Part shown: one piece after another, positions 50,308-61,831 of the stretch
Layout: each line of letters opens with the position of its first letter
Position numbering within the stretch: the stretch's first letter is position 1
DNA from: Halarcobacter sp.
GTDB taxonomy: Bacteria > Campylobacterota > Campylobacteria > Campylobacterales > Arcobacteraceae
Assembly: GCA_048571215.1 (NCBI GenBank)
Contig: CP182352.1
Coordinates: 2,400,001 to 2,464,000 of the forward strand
Direction of reading: 5' to 3'
DNA length: 64,000 nt
The notes under the pieces: model-generated
Database searches by the model: none
What the model was told of the DNA's origin: nothing
What the model saw: the letters and a program-made list of their open reading frames with translations, nothing else
Translations under genes and position numbers: made by a program

Positions 50308-51081
50308 TTAAACATTTAATGTAGATAATAGTTTTAAATGGATTTTAGTATTTGTTGCAACTATATATTTATCTCCAAATAAATCATACTCACCTCCATC
50401 TATATTTGTAACTTTTCCACCTGCCTCTGTTAGTATTAAAATACCCGCACTTACATCCCAAGCTTTTAAATTCATCTCGTAATACCCTTCATAAACTCCC
50501 TTTGCTACATAACATAAATCAAGGGCTGCTGAACCTAGTCTTCTAATATCTTGACACTTAGGTAATACACTCTCAATCTTTTTTAAAACATCTTTTAAAT
50601 CCTCTTTTGAAGTTCCACTTGTATAAGGAAATCCTGTAGAGATAAGTGATTTTTGGAAATCATCTTCTGGTGATACTTTTAGTTGTTTACCATTTAAGAA
50701 ACTACCCTCACCTATTTTTGCTGTATATAACTCATCTAGTATGGGATTAAGAACAACAGCAAAATATGGTTTTTTGTCTTTATAAACTCCAACTGAGATA
50801 CAAGTATGGGGAACTTGATTTACAAAGTTTGTTGTTCCATCTATTGGGTCTATGATTATAGAGTTATTAAATTCTATATCGCTATTATCTGATTCTTCTG
50901 CTATTAGGGTAAAATTTTTAAACTCTTTGGCAAAGTTCTCCTTTAAAAAGTTTTCAACTGCCAAATCATATTTAGTTACCAAATCTTTTTTTGCTTTAAA
51001 ATTTACACTTTTATCTGTATAGTAACCATCTAATAATATCTTTCCAGCTTCTTTTACAATCTCTATTAATTTTTTTTCCAT
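50308..51081 (-). CDS. suhB: Inositol monophosphatase family protein
   Basis: EE, DPIDGTTNF, RRLGSAA, WDVSAG; ATG 51093 is an alternative start. Confidence 0.88.
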   Translation of the reverse strand: MEKKLIEIVKEAGKILLDGYYTDKSVNFKAKKDLVTKYDLAVENFLKENFAKEFKNFTLIAEESDNSDIEFNNSIIIDPIDGTTNFVNQVPHTCISVGVYKDKKPYFAVVLNPILDELYTAKIGEGSFLNGKQLKVSPEDDFQKSLISTGFPYTSGTSKEDLKDVLKKIESVLPKCQDIRRLGSAALDLCYVAKGVYEGYYEMNLKAWDVSAGILILTEAGGKVTNIDGGEYDLFGDKYIVATNTKIHLKLLSTLNV

Positions 51082-51157
51082 AATTTTATCCATTTAATTT
51101 TTTAGAAATTTTAACTAAATTTAGTTACACTTCGATTAATTTGGAGAATATTAGAAT

Positions 51158-51760
51158 ATGAAAGATTTTATTTTAGCAGAGGATAAAGAGTTTTATTTTG
51201 GAGATTGCAACTACTGTCAAGCACAATGTTGTAGTGGCATATATGGTTCTATCTTTTCCCAAATCCTTTTAGAAGAGTTTGAAAAAGTTTATGAAAATTT
51301 TCCAATTCTATTTATCTTTGGAGATTTAAATTATGTTAAACCAGTCATAATATTAAGTGATGGCTTTAATTATTGTCCATATATAAAAGATAACAGATGT
51401 ACAATTTATGATAAAAGACCAAATGTATGTAGAAACTATCCCTTAAGTCCCAATCTAGACAACAATATATATATCGATACCTGTTGCCCTCAAATTAATC
51501 CAGATGATGAGAATAAAACTTTAATTATAAAAAACAATAAATTATCAAATGAATATCAAAATGATATTTTTGAAACTTACCAAGAAAGATATTTAGAAAC
51601 ACATTTTGAATTTGACTCTTTAAAGAAAGAAGATTTTAAAGAGATACTAATAATCAAATCTATGAAGTTTTATATTTATGATGGTGAAAATAATAATAAA
51701 TATCTTGAGTATCATAAACAATCCTTAGTAAACTTAAATAATATATTTTTAGAAAAATAA
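51158..51760 (+). CDS. YkgJ-family cysteine cluster protein
   Basis: CxxCxxxCC, CPY, CTIYxxRPxVCRxYP. Confidence 0.85.
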   Translation: MKDFILAEDKEFYFGDCNYCQAQCCSGIYGSIFSQILLEEFEKVYENFPILFIFGDLNYVKPVIILSDGFNYCPYIKDNRCTIYDKRPNVCRNYPLSPNLDNNIYIDTCCPQINPDDENKTLIIKNNKLSNEYQNDIFETYQERYLETHFEFDSLKKEDFKEILIIKSMKFYIYDGENNNKYLEYHKQSLVNLNNIFLEK

Positions 51761-51794
51761 AATATTAATTTAATCTTCTTTTTAGGTTAAAAGG

Positions 51795-51803
51795 TGTTAT
51801 AAT
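51795..51803 (+). promoter_or_regulatory. Extended -10 promoter
   Basis: TGTTATAAT. Confidence 0.55.
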
Positions 51804-51832
51804 TACACTATCTAAACAGTATGGAGGTGCAA

Positions 51833-51856
51833 ATGACAAAGGATTTTCATTTTTAG
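51833..51856 (+). CDS. Candidate 7-aa micropeptide MTKDFHF
   Basis: GGAGGT at 51823-51828, ATG 51833, TAG 51854-51856. Confidence 0.45.
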   Translation: MTKDFHF

Positions 51857-51928
51857 TATTGTTAAAAAATAATCAAAAATAATCTATTACAAAATAGATA
51901 TTAAATATGTGTATTATTTAAAAACCTT

Positions 51929-51961
51929 AAAGGTGAGTTTTTTTACAACTCACCTTTTTTT
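51929..51961 (+). terminator. Intrinsic terminator
   Basis: AAAGGTGAGTT/AACTCACCTTT stem followed by T-run. Confidence 0.85.
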
Positions 51962-52097
51962 ATATACTAAATTCCTCTTTCATATTTTTTATAAGCATTT
52001 TTTTGTCAACTTTCAATAATCGCCTTATATACAAAAATAGCACCTGATTTATCTCTACTATTTATATCAACTTGTGCGATTAAACTTTTTAGAGTAT

Positions 52098-53960
52098 TTA
52101 TACTATTTCAAAATCTGAAACTATTTTATTTCGTCCATGTTTTTTTGCTGAATATAGATTATTGTCAACTCTTTTGATAAAGGTTTCAATACTATCTGTT
52201 TCATTTACTTGAGATAAACCTATGCTTACTGTTAGATGTTTAATTGTATCAAATTCAAAATTTTCTATCTTGTCTTTTATTTTTTGAGCTAATTGCATCG
52301 CACCCTCAATGTGTGTATTTTGGCATATTATTAAAAACTCTTCACCACCCCACCTTCCAACTATATCAATATTTCTACAACTCTTTTTTAATATATTTGA
52401 TACTTCAATTAACACCTTATCACCTACTTGATGTCCATATGTGTCATTTACCAATTTAAAATGGTCTACATCGATAAGTAAAATAGAAAATATAAATTTA
52501 TTCCTTTTAAATCTCTTCATCTCCTCATCTAAACTTTTATCTATTTTGATTCTATTATAAACTTGAGTTAATTTATCCATTTGTGAAATTTTCTCAATAA
52601 TTTTTTTATCATTTATATTTTCACCTATTGAGATATAACTATCGATTTTATTATCGTCAAAACTTGGTAGTATTGTAGTTTTTAACCAATAAAGCATGCC
52701 ACTTTTTGTTTTGTTTTCTAACTCCCCTACCCAAACCTTTCCATTTGAAATTTTTTCCCATAAAGATTTATAAACTTTTGTATCTAAATTTCCACTTTTT
52801 AAAATTGATGGGTTTTCACCTAATAACTCATCTTTTGAATAACCACTTATATTACATAAAGCACTACTAACACCTGTGATTTTTTTGTTTAAATCTACAG
52901 TCATTGTAATTACATATTTATCAATAATATCCACATGTTTTTGATTCTCTTTATATACCTTAGTAAATTCCATATGAAGTTTTGAAGTGGGTATTGATAT
53001 AATTAAACCTATAGGAATTGAGATTAAAAGTGTTAATAAGCCTATTGTGTATGCTAAACTTAAGTTGTTGTTTTTTATATTATTTAGATAATCAGCTTTA
53101 ACTTTTAAAATAAGTTTTAGATTTTCACCATTATTAATATATTTATCTAATGGGAATATAAATCCATTAAGAGTATTTGATATATTTTTATCAAATTTAG
53201 GAAAGTCTGAATTTATAGTATATGCTTTATTTAAATATCTAGAAAAATCTTTTTTTCTATCTGGATTTACAATATAATAACCATCCTTATCTATTATATA
53301 CATATCAAATTGATTATTAACTCTAAGCTTTTCAAACAAAGGTTTCATCTCTATATTAACAACTAATATTCCATAAAGTTTCCCCTTGTAAAACACTTTT
53401 TTAGAAACTCTAAATGTGGGTCTTAAAGGTTGTTCTAATTTTCCATGCTCAATATTTAAATCTATATTTGAATACCAAAATTTGTTTTCTTTTTCTTCAA
53501 TAGTATCTTTAAAATAATACCTGTCTGATTTATCTTGTAGTTTATCATTAGGGACTATAAATACAGCATTACTATTTTTATCTTTATCTATTCTTATTTT
53601 TTCAAGTCCATTTTTATCTATAAATCTTAGTTGAAAAAAGTTTTTATTATTTTCCATACTATTTATAAATAAACTGTCAACTATCTCTTTTTTATCTTTA
53701 TTATTAACTATTAAATAATTAGTAAAAAGTCTATTTGTTTCAAGAGAGTCTATGCAAAGTTCAACTTTACTTACATAGTCTTGTATTTGCATTTTGATAT
53801 CAGAAGAAACTACTAAAGAATCATTATCAAGTTTTTTTTGTATCTCCTCATATTTTATATTGTATTGAATATAACTTGTTCCTGTAGCAATAATTAGACC
53901 AAATATTAAAAATAATATGATATTTTTTATATAAATAAATTTAATATTTTGTAATCTCAC
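52098..53960 (-). CDS. Sensor diguanylate cyclase (Cache-like, PAS, GGDEF)
   Basis: Two TM, LQDKSDRYYF periplasmic motif, PAS (SGYSKDELLG, W.GE..N..K.G..YW), RxxD I-site, GGEEF. Confidence 0.9.
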   Translation of the reverse strand: MRLQNIKFIYIKNIILFLIFGLIIATGTSYIQYNIKYEEIQKKLDNDSLVVSSDIKMQIQDYVSKVELCIDSLETNRLFTNYLIVNNKDKKEIVDSLFINSMENNKNFFQLRFIDKNGLEKIRIDKDKNSNAVFIVPNDKLQDKSDRYYFKDTIEEKENKFWYSNIDLNIEHGKLEQPLRPTFRVSKKVFYKGKLYGILVVNIEMKPLFEKLRVNNQFDMYIIDKDGYYIVNPDRKKDFSRYLNKAYTINSDFPKFDKNISNTLNGFIFPLDKYINNGENLKLILKVKADYLNNIKNNNLSLAYTIGLLTLLISIPIGLIISIPTSKLHMEFTKVYKENQKHVDIIDKYVITMTVDLNKKITGVSSALCNISGYSKDELLGENPSILKSGNLDTKVYKSLWEKISNGKVWVGELENKTKSGMLYWLKTTILPSFDDNKIDSYISIGENINDKKIIEKISQMDKLTQVYNRIKIDKSLDEEMKRFKRNKFIFSILLIDVDHFKLVNDTYGHQVGDKVLIEVSNILKKSCRNIDIVGRWGGEEFLIICQNTHIEGAMQLAQKIKDKIENFEFDTIKHLTVSIGLSQVNETDSIETFIKRVDNNLYSAKKHGRNKIVSDFEIV

Positions 53961-54220
53961 AATATAACCTTTTTTGATGGAAAAAGATTATACCTTTTTT
54001 AAATTTTAATTAAGATTAATAGTTTTTTAATTTTATATATTCTTAATGATAAAAGCATAATCACTATTTTATGGTATTTAATATTTTATGAAATAGAAAT
54101 TTTAAATTTATATGATCTATATTTTGTCTAAACTATTATTAGATTTACTTATTTATATTGGTTTATATTTTTATATGTAAGCGATTAAATTTGAGAATAA
54201 AAATTTTGAATATATAAAGG

Positions 54221-54252
54221 AAAAAAAGAGTGAAGAAGTTCACCCTTTTTTT
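54221..54252 (-). terminator. groEL intrinsic terminator
   Basis: Minus strand AAAAAAAGGGTGAA-CTTC-TTCACTCTTTTTTT. Confidence 0.8.
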
Positions 54253-54429
54253 ACGATATTCTCACGGACACGGTGGTGCTATCGCACATCACCTTAGTCT
54301 GCGAAACCTAAAAACGTGAAGCAGTTCACCTTTTTTTAACGGTATTCTCACGGACACGGTGGTGCTATCGCACATCACCTTAGTCTGCGAAACCTAAAAA
54401 CGTGAAGCAGTTCACCTTTTTTTAACGGT
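54230..54429. repeat. 86-bp tandem repeat (~2.3 copies) with GC-rich REP-like hairpin
   Basis: GTGAAG.AGTTCACC at 54230, 54316, 54402; intervening segments essentially identical. Confidence 0.92.
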
Positions 54430-54432
54430 TTC

Positions 54433-56326
<1,894 letters not shown>

Positions 56327-56361
56327 TGTATTCTCCTATAAAATTTTTTTTAATAATTAAT

Positions 56362-56388
56362 TTAGCACTCTATTTTTTTGAGTGCCAA
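56362..56388. promoter_or_regulatory. CIRCE element (HrcA operator)
   Basis: TTAGCACTC-N9-GAGTGCCAA, one mismatch to consensus. Confidence 0.9.
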
Positions 56389-56417
56389 ATTTTATTAAAT
56401 TTTTTGATTTTTGTCAA
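56389..56417 (-). promoter_or_regulatory. groES sigma70 promoter
   Basis: TTGACA - 17 nt - TAAAAT directly abutting CIRCE. Confidence 0.75.
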
Positions 56418-56432
56418 GTGTTTTAGATAAAC

Positions 56433-56453
56433 TATGAGTAGTTTTGACTAAAG
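56433..56453. promoter_or_regulatory. HAIR-like (HspR) site
   Basis: TATGAGT-N7-ACTAAAG vs consensus CTTGAGT-N7-ACTCAAG (11/14). Confidence 0.5.
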
Positions 56454-57320
56454 TTATAAATTTTGATGTCTATAGATGTACTTTAACAGCAATTGTTTAA
56501 GAGATTGATTAAGCTTTTCATCTAATTGATTTAAGGTAGTTTCACACTTTAAAGCTAATTTGTCAGCAGATTCAATGGTTTGTTCTAAACCTAAAAGGTT
56601 TACAAAAGAGTTTTTTGATTGATCATTTTGCGTAGTTTTACCAGCTTGTTCTTCACTACAGGTTTCATCTATAATATCATCTTGAATTTGAAAAAGTAAG
56701 CCAATATCTATACCAAAATCAAAAAGAATATTTTGAATATCTAAATCATATTCACTGATAATTGCACCCATTTTTAAACTTGCTGCTATTAGTTTTGCTG
56801 TTTTATGGATATGTAAAAACTCTAACTGACTTAACTCAAGTTTTTGATTCTCAAAAAAACAATCAATGGCTTGACCAATTATCATTCCATCTATTCCACC
56901 ATTTGATGCTAAAGTTTTTATTAGATCTACTTTTATATCATTGTGTAAAGGTGCATTTGCTATTTGATTAAAAGCTTCGGTATTTAAGGCATCGCCAACA
57001 AGTATAGCAGTTACTTCATCATATTTTTTGTGTAGTGTTTCAAATCCTCTTCTTAAGTCTGCATTATCCATTGAGGGCAAATCATCATGGATTAAAGAGT
57101 ATGTGTGTAACATCTCCAAACCTAAGGCTACAGGTAAAGAGTTTTCTACTAAAAGTGGTTTATTTGACTTTACCACATTTAATAAAAGCATAGGTCTAAA
57201 TCTTTTACCACCAGCTTTAAGCATTTCGCCTAAAGCCTCTTGGAAATATGGATGGAATGTTTTTGATTGTGGTAAATTATTTAATAGATAATTTTCAAAT
57301 AAAGTTAACAATTTTTTCAT
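56454..57320 (-). CDS. ispA: Short-chain polyprenyl diphosphate synthase
   Basis: GGKRFRP, SLIHDDLPSMD, RRG, KT, FQIQDD. Confidence 0.9.
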   Translation of the reverse strand: MKKLLTLFENYLLNNLPQSKTFHPYFQEALGEMLKAGGKRFRPMLLLNVVKSNKPLLVENSLPVALGLEMLHTYSLIHDDLPSMDNADLRRGFETLHKKYDEVTAILVGDALNTEAFNQIANAPLHNDIKVDLIKTLASNGGIDGMIIGQAIDCFFENQKLELSQLEFLHIHKTAKLIAASLKMGAIISEYDLDIQNILFDFGIDIGLLFQIQDDIIDETCSEEQAGKTTQNDQSKNSFVNLLGLEQTIESADKLALKCETTLNQLDEKLNQSLKQLLLKYIYRHQNL

Positions 57321-57637
57321 GATTGAGTATTTTGTCCAAATCCACCCATCATATTCATTGCCATCATTTTTTTATTTTCATCTGCTTGTTTAATTACATC
57401 ATTCATAGCTGATATTAAAAGAATTTGTAAAGAATCTTTATCTTCAAGTAAAGAATCATCTATTTGTAAATCTACAACTTCCGAATTTCCATTAATAGAT
57501 AATTCTACCATTCCTCCACCAGCTTTTGATGTAAAAACTTTACTAGAGTTTTCTTCTTTGGCTTTATCTGCCATCTCTTGTACTTGTCCCATAATCTCAT
57601 TTAGGTTGATCTTACTTAAATCAATTCCCTCAAACAT
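57317..57637 (-). CDS. YbaB/EbfC nucleoid-associated protein
   Basis: [17 protein letters not shown]; start reassigned to ATG 57637. Confidence 0.88.
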   Translation of the reverse strand: MFEGIDLSKINLNEIMGQVQEMADKAKEENSSKVFTSKAGGGMVELSINGNSEVVDLQIDDSLLEDKDSLQILLISAMNDVIKQADENKKMMAMNMMGGFGQNTQS

Positions 57638-58013
57638 GATCACTTCCCACAAGTTCATTAGTAATTGTTTCAATATTGTTTTTATCATTAACAATAACAA
57701 CTGTTGGTTTATAAACATCTAGTTCTGATTCAGTATATGAAGCATAGGCTATAACTATAATTTTATCACCTATTTCAACTTTTCTTGCTGCAGCTCCATT
57801 TAAGCACATATCTTTACTTCCTGCTCTACCTTTTATTACATAAGTAGCAAATCTTTCACCATTGTTAACATTTACAATTTCAACTTTTTGTCCAACCCTT
57901 AATTTTGCAGCAGTCATTAACTCTTCATCTATAGTTATCGATCCAACATAATTAAGATTAGCATCTGTAACAGTTGCTCTATGAATCTTACTATACAGCA
58001 TATCAAATGTCAT
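57630..58013 (-). CDS. panD: Aspartate 1-decarboxylase
   Basis: [30 protein letters not shown]. Confidence 0.96.
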   Translation of the reverse strand: MTFDMLYSKIHRATVTDANLNYVGSITIDEELMTAAKLRVGQKVEIVNVNNGERFATYVIKGRAGSKDMCLNGAAARKVEIGDKIIVIAYASYTESELDVYKPTVVIVNDKNNIETITNELVGSDHV

Positions 58014-58025
58014 ATATTAATTCCT

Positions 58026-58388
58026 CTATTTTGCTAAATTTATAGGTTCTCCCCAAAATTGCTCTGGTATTAAATACTCTTCAACTGGATTTCCACCTAT
58101 TATGTGTTCTTCCACAATTTTATCTATTTTTTCCTTAGACAATTGACAGTACATATGATGACCTGGTTCTATTAACATAACTGGTCCCATTTGACATCTT
58201 CCAAGACATGATGTTCTAATTGCTTGAACAGGTCCCATTAAACCTTTTTGCATCATTGATTGTGCTAAATGATTAAATAAATCTCTACTTTGTTCTGTTA
58301 CACATGAAGGTTTTGGCATCCCTGGAGGTGAACTTTGCTCACATTTGAAGATATAAAATGTAGGTTGTGGAATTGCTGGCATTTCCAT
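58026..58388 (-). CDS. Thioredoxin-like [2Fe-2S] ferredoxin
   Basis: C-x12-C...SCLGRCQMGP, EEHIIGG. Confidence 0.88.
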   Translation of the reverse strand: MEMPAIPQPTFYIFKCEQSSPPGMPKPSCVTEQSRDLFNHLAQSMMQKGLMGPVQAIRTSCLGRCQMGPVMLIEPGHHMYCQLSKEKIDKIVEEHIIGGNPVEEYLIPEQFWGEPINLAK

Positions 58389-58531
58389 TATTATGGTCCT
58401 TTTTATTTAAGATATTTTTTGTCTGAATTTTAACAAAGATTTTTTAAACTCTCATAAAAATTGATTTTTAATAAGTTTTTAAAACCTTAAGTTATATACT
58501 TTTGCAATTTTTATTCCATAATTAAGGGCTT

Positions 58532-59065
58532 ATGATGAAAAAAATCATATTTTTTTTATTTTCACTAGTGTTACTTTTAGAAGCAGCAAACCCAATTGCT
58601 GTACTTAAAACATCAAAAGGGGATATAGAGATTGAGTTAAGACCTGATATTGCACCAAAGGCAGTTGAAAACTTTATAACTCACTCAAAAAACGGTTATT
58701 ATAATGGACTTATTTTTCATAGAATTATAAAAAATTTTATGATACAAGGTGGTGATCCAACGGGGACTGGTAGAGGTGGAGAGTCGATTTGGGGAAAACC
58801 TTTTAAAGATGAATTTGCTTCAAATGCAGTTTTTGATAAAGCTGGTATTTTAGCAATGGCAAATGCAGGACCAAATACAAATGGAAGCCAATTTTTCATA
58901 ACAACAGTTCCAGCTTATTGGCTAAATGGTAGACATACAATTTTTGGATATGTTACTAAAGGTTACGAAACTTTGAAAGCTTTAGAAAATGTACCAACAA
59001 CTGGTCAATATAGAGGGAATAAACCTTTAACTGATCAAAAAATCATCTCTATAACTATAAAGTAG
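58532..59065 (+). CDS. Exported cyclophilin-type PPIase
   Basis: Signal peptide; FHRII, MIQGGD, AMAN, SQFFIT, HTIFG. Confidence 0.93.
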   Translation: MMKKIIFFLFSLVLLLEAANPIAVLKTSKGDIEIELRPDIAPKAVENFITHSKNGYYNGLIFHRIIKNFMIQGGDPTGTGRGGESIWGKPFKDEFASNAVFDKAGILAMANAGPNTNGSQFFITTVPAYWLNGRHTIFGYVTKGYETLKALENVPTTGQYRGNKPLTDQKIISITIK

Positions 59066-59086
59066 TCTTTAAAAGACTACTTTTTT
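59059..59086 (+). terminator. Intrinsic terminator
   Basis: AAAGTAGTCTTT/AAAGACTACTTT plus T-run. Confidence 0.8.
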
Positions 59087-61651
59087 TAGTCTTCCACTAA
59101 ATTCTCTTTTAATTTACTAATATCCAAAATAGATATAAGTTTATCATTTTTTGAATTTTCTAAAGGGGTAACTATACTATTAATAAGTGTATATTTACCA
59201 AGCAAATGTTTATCTAGTTTTTTTATTCTACTTTTTGAAATCTCTGGAATATCTCCTAAAGAATTCACTAAAATTCCTATATAATTTTCACTCTGTTTAT
59301 CATAGTTTTTAACGATTACAATCTCTTTATAATCCTCTGTATTTTTTTCATCAATATATTTTTTTATATCAATTACAGCAACTGCTTTATTGTTATAAAT
59401 AACTGTTCCCTTAAAGTGATGTTCCTTATTTAATGTTGGTGATAAATCTATTTTTTTTATGCTAACAGTTTCATAAACATCATTTACATCTACACCTAAG
59501 CATTTCCCTCCAATGTAAAATGAAGCAATCTCAGCTGGATTATCAATCAAACCAATTTGAGTTTCACTAAAAAGTTTTTTATTTTTATTTATTTTTAAAT
59601 TTGCAGAACTAATGTATGAGAAAAATATTGCATAGATATCATTGCTATACTTATCTACTGTTTTATATTCCCTATAACCTTGAGAACACTTTACACCTAA
59701 GGCGTAGTAATTATTGTTATAAATAACAATTTCGCTGTAACTTTCACCATTTATTAAATTGAAAAACTTATCATCTAAATCAAGTTTATCCCCTATATTC
59801 AATTCTGGATTTGTTGATGAGATTATTTTTTTATCTTTGTTTGTGTAAACACCAAAAACCTCTTTATTTTTTTTCTTATTATAGTTTGGAATTGATTCCT
59901 CGAGCATTGCTTTAAACTCTGGTTTTGAATCAAATACAACACCAATTCCACCTAAAAAGTCAGTATTTTGTTTTATAGCTGAATAATATATATAAGTATA
60001 ATCTTTATTATAAAATTCTGTTTTCTCAAATTTTGATACAAAATAACTATTTGTACTTTTAAGCTCTTTTGTTTTTGTTACAAGATCTAAACTTAATTGT
60101 TTTCCAAGTAAATATTTTTCATTGGCATTTGAAACAGCAATTATAATGCCATTTTTATCATAAATAAATAGATTTGTATATACGGTATATAAAGAGTTGA
60201 TATATTTTAAGATATTTTCTAATTTTTTTGATTCTTTTTTATCTATATTATCTATAGATAATACTTTTTTAAACTCTTCTGTTAATGCCCACCATCTACA
60301 ATCATTTGCCCTTTCATAAAGATTTCTATCCATAATATCGACCATTAGAGATGCAATATAAGAACTATTATTTAGTACCATTGTTTTTGTAAGATTTGCT
60401 ATTGAATGATCAAATATTTTTTTTGTTTCTTCCCCCGTTGAACTTATCTCATTTAATAATGCTCTTGAGAATCCTCTCATATTTTCTCGTCTATCATCTT
60501 TTGCTTTATTTATATTTCCATTCCAAACTAATCTATTTAAGTTTGATTGAATTGAATTTGCTTTTAAAGGTATTTTCTTTAGCTCCTCACTAAACCCCTT
60601 CCCTTCTTGTAAAATTGCCAATAATATATCTTGGTCTATTTCTATACTATTTTCATCTTCTAAAAAAGCATAATCAACTGCAACCATAATATGTCCATAC
60701 CACTCTTGCCCAAAATAACCTTGATATCCATTCGTTGCACAAGATTTAGCTAGATAATCCCTTCCTCCATGGGAGATTAACTTAAATTTATCATCCAATA
60801 TGTGATTAAATTTTGTTCCCAATGAGATATGATATTTATCACTACTCGCAATAACAACTCCATCACTATCTAAAACCATTAGACACTCTTTATTTTTTTC
60901 ACTCTTTAGGTTATCAAAAATACTTGTCATCTCATCTTGAAATCTAAAACATAAAGATAAAACACCAATGTTTTTAGCATCTTTGCCATTTCCATCTTTT
61001 ATAACTGAACTATAAACTAAACTTCTTTTTTTGTGTGGTAAAAAATCATGATATTTAAAAGTCTCTACATACTCTTCATTACCAACTAATACCCTTGAAA
61101 TTATTTCATCTTCTGATTTTTTTATTTCTGTAGTTCTTTCATCTAATTTAACTAATACATTACCTTCTGTATCAAATAAAACTATGTCATAATAAACACT
61201 ATATTTTTGAATATACTCTTTAAATCTTTTTTTTTTTTTTTGCTTCGATATTAAGACTTTCATTATCTAAATTTTTACTTTTAATTATAAAATCGATAAT
61301 ATCTTTGTCTGTTGATAAAAAACCTATATCTGCTGTTCTTTCAAATAGATTTCGAATTAAAATATCAATAGAGATTTGTGCTTTAAACTTCATTTCTCTA
61401 ACTGTTTTTTCTAAAGTTTCATAACTTAAATGTTCTAATAATGAATGGGTTAAATCTGTAAAACTATTTTTCGTATCATTTATATTTGTATTACTATTTC
61501 CAAAATGACTAAGTAAAGCTAAGTTATCCCAACTTTTTGAAAGTGATAAAAGTTCTTGTTTGTACTCTTGAACTAATTCCATATGTTTTATAAACTTATT
61601 CATATATGATATTGATTGCATTTTGCTATGATTACTCATATTTTTTGTCAT
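59086..61651 (-). pseudogene. Large soluble protein with C-terminal CheW-like domain, frameshifted at A15
   Basis: ORFs 61220-61651 and 59086-61263 overlap at T15 (61227-61241); A14 would fuse them into 854 aa. Confidence 0.8.
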
Positions 61652-61831
61652 AATAAACCTTTATAATTGTATTCTTTTTTACAATTATAATTAATTTTTT
61701 TGTTTATTTTTATGATTATATGATTAAAATATATACAATATAAAAGGTTATAAAGGGGTTTTGTAGGACAGTTTTAAGTATTTAAATTAAATTATTTTAT
61801 AAGTATCTTTTTATTAATAATTTTTTGGATT

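Noticed and set aside
52006..52098. Stop-free minus-strand stretch NTLKSLIAQVDINSRDKSGAIFVYKAIIES*
   Set aside because: Could be a gene remnant but has no start codon or recognisable family; too short to support
54255..54400. tRNA gene in the GC-rich repeat
   Set aside because: No TTC T-loop, cloverleaf or CCA end recognisable
54230..54429. Mini CRISPR array (three palindromic repeats)
   Set aside because: The two intervening segments are essentially identical and self-complementary, and no cas genes are present; this is a tandem duplication
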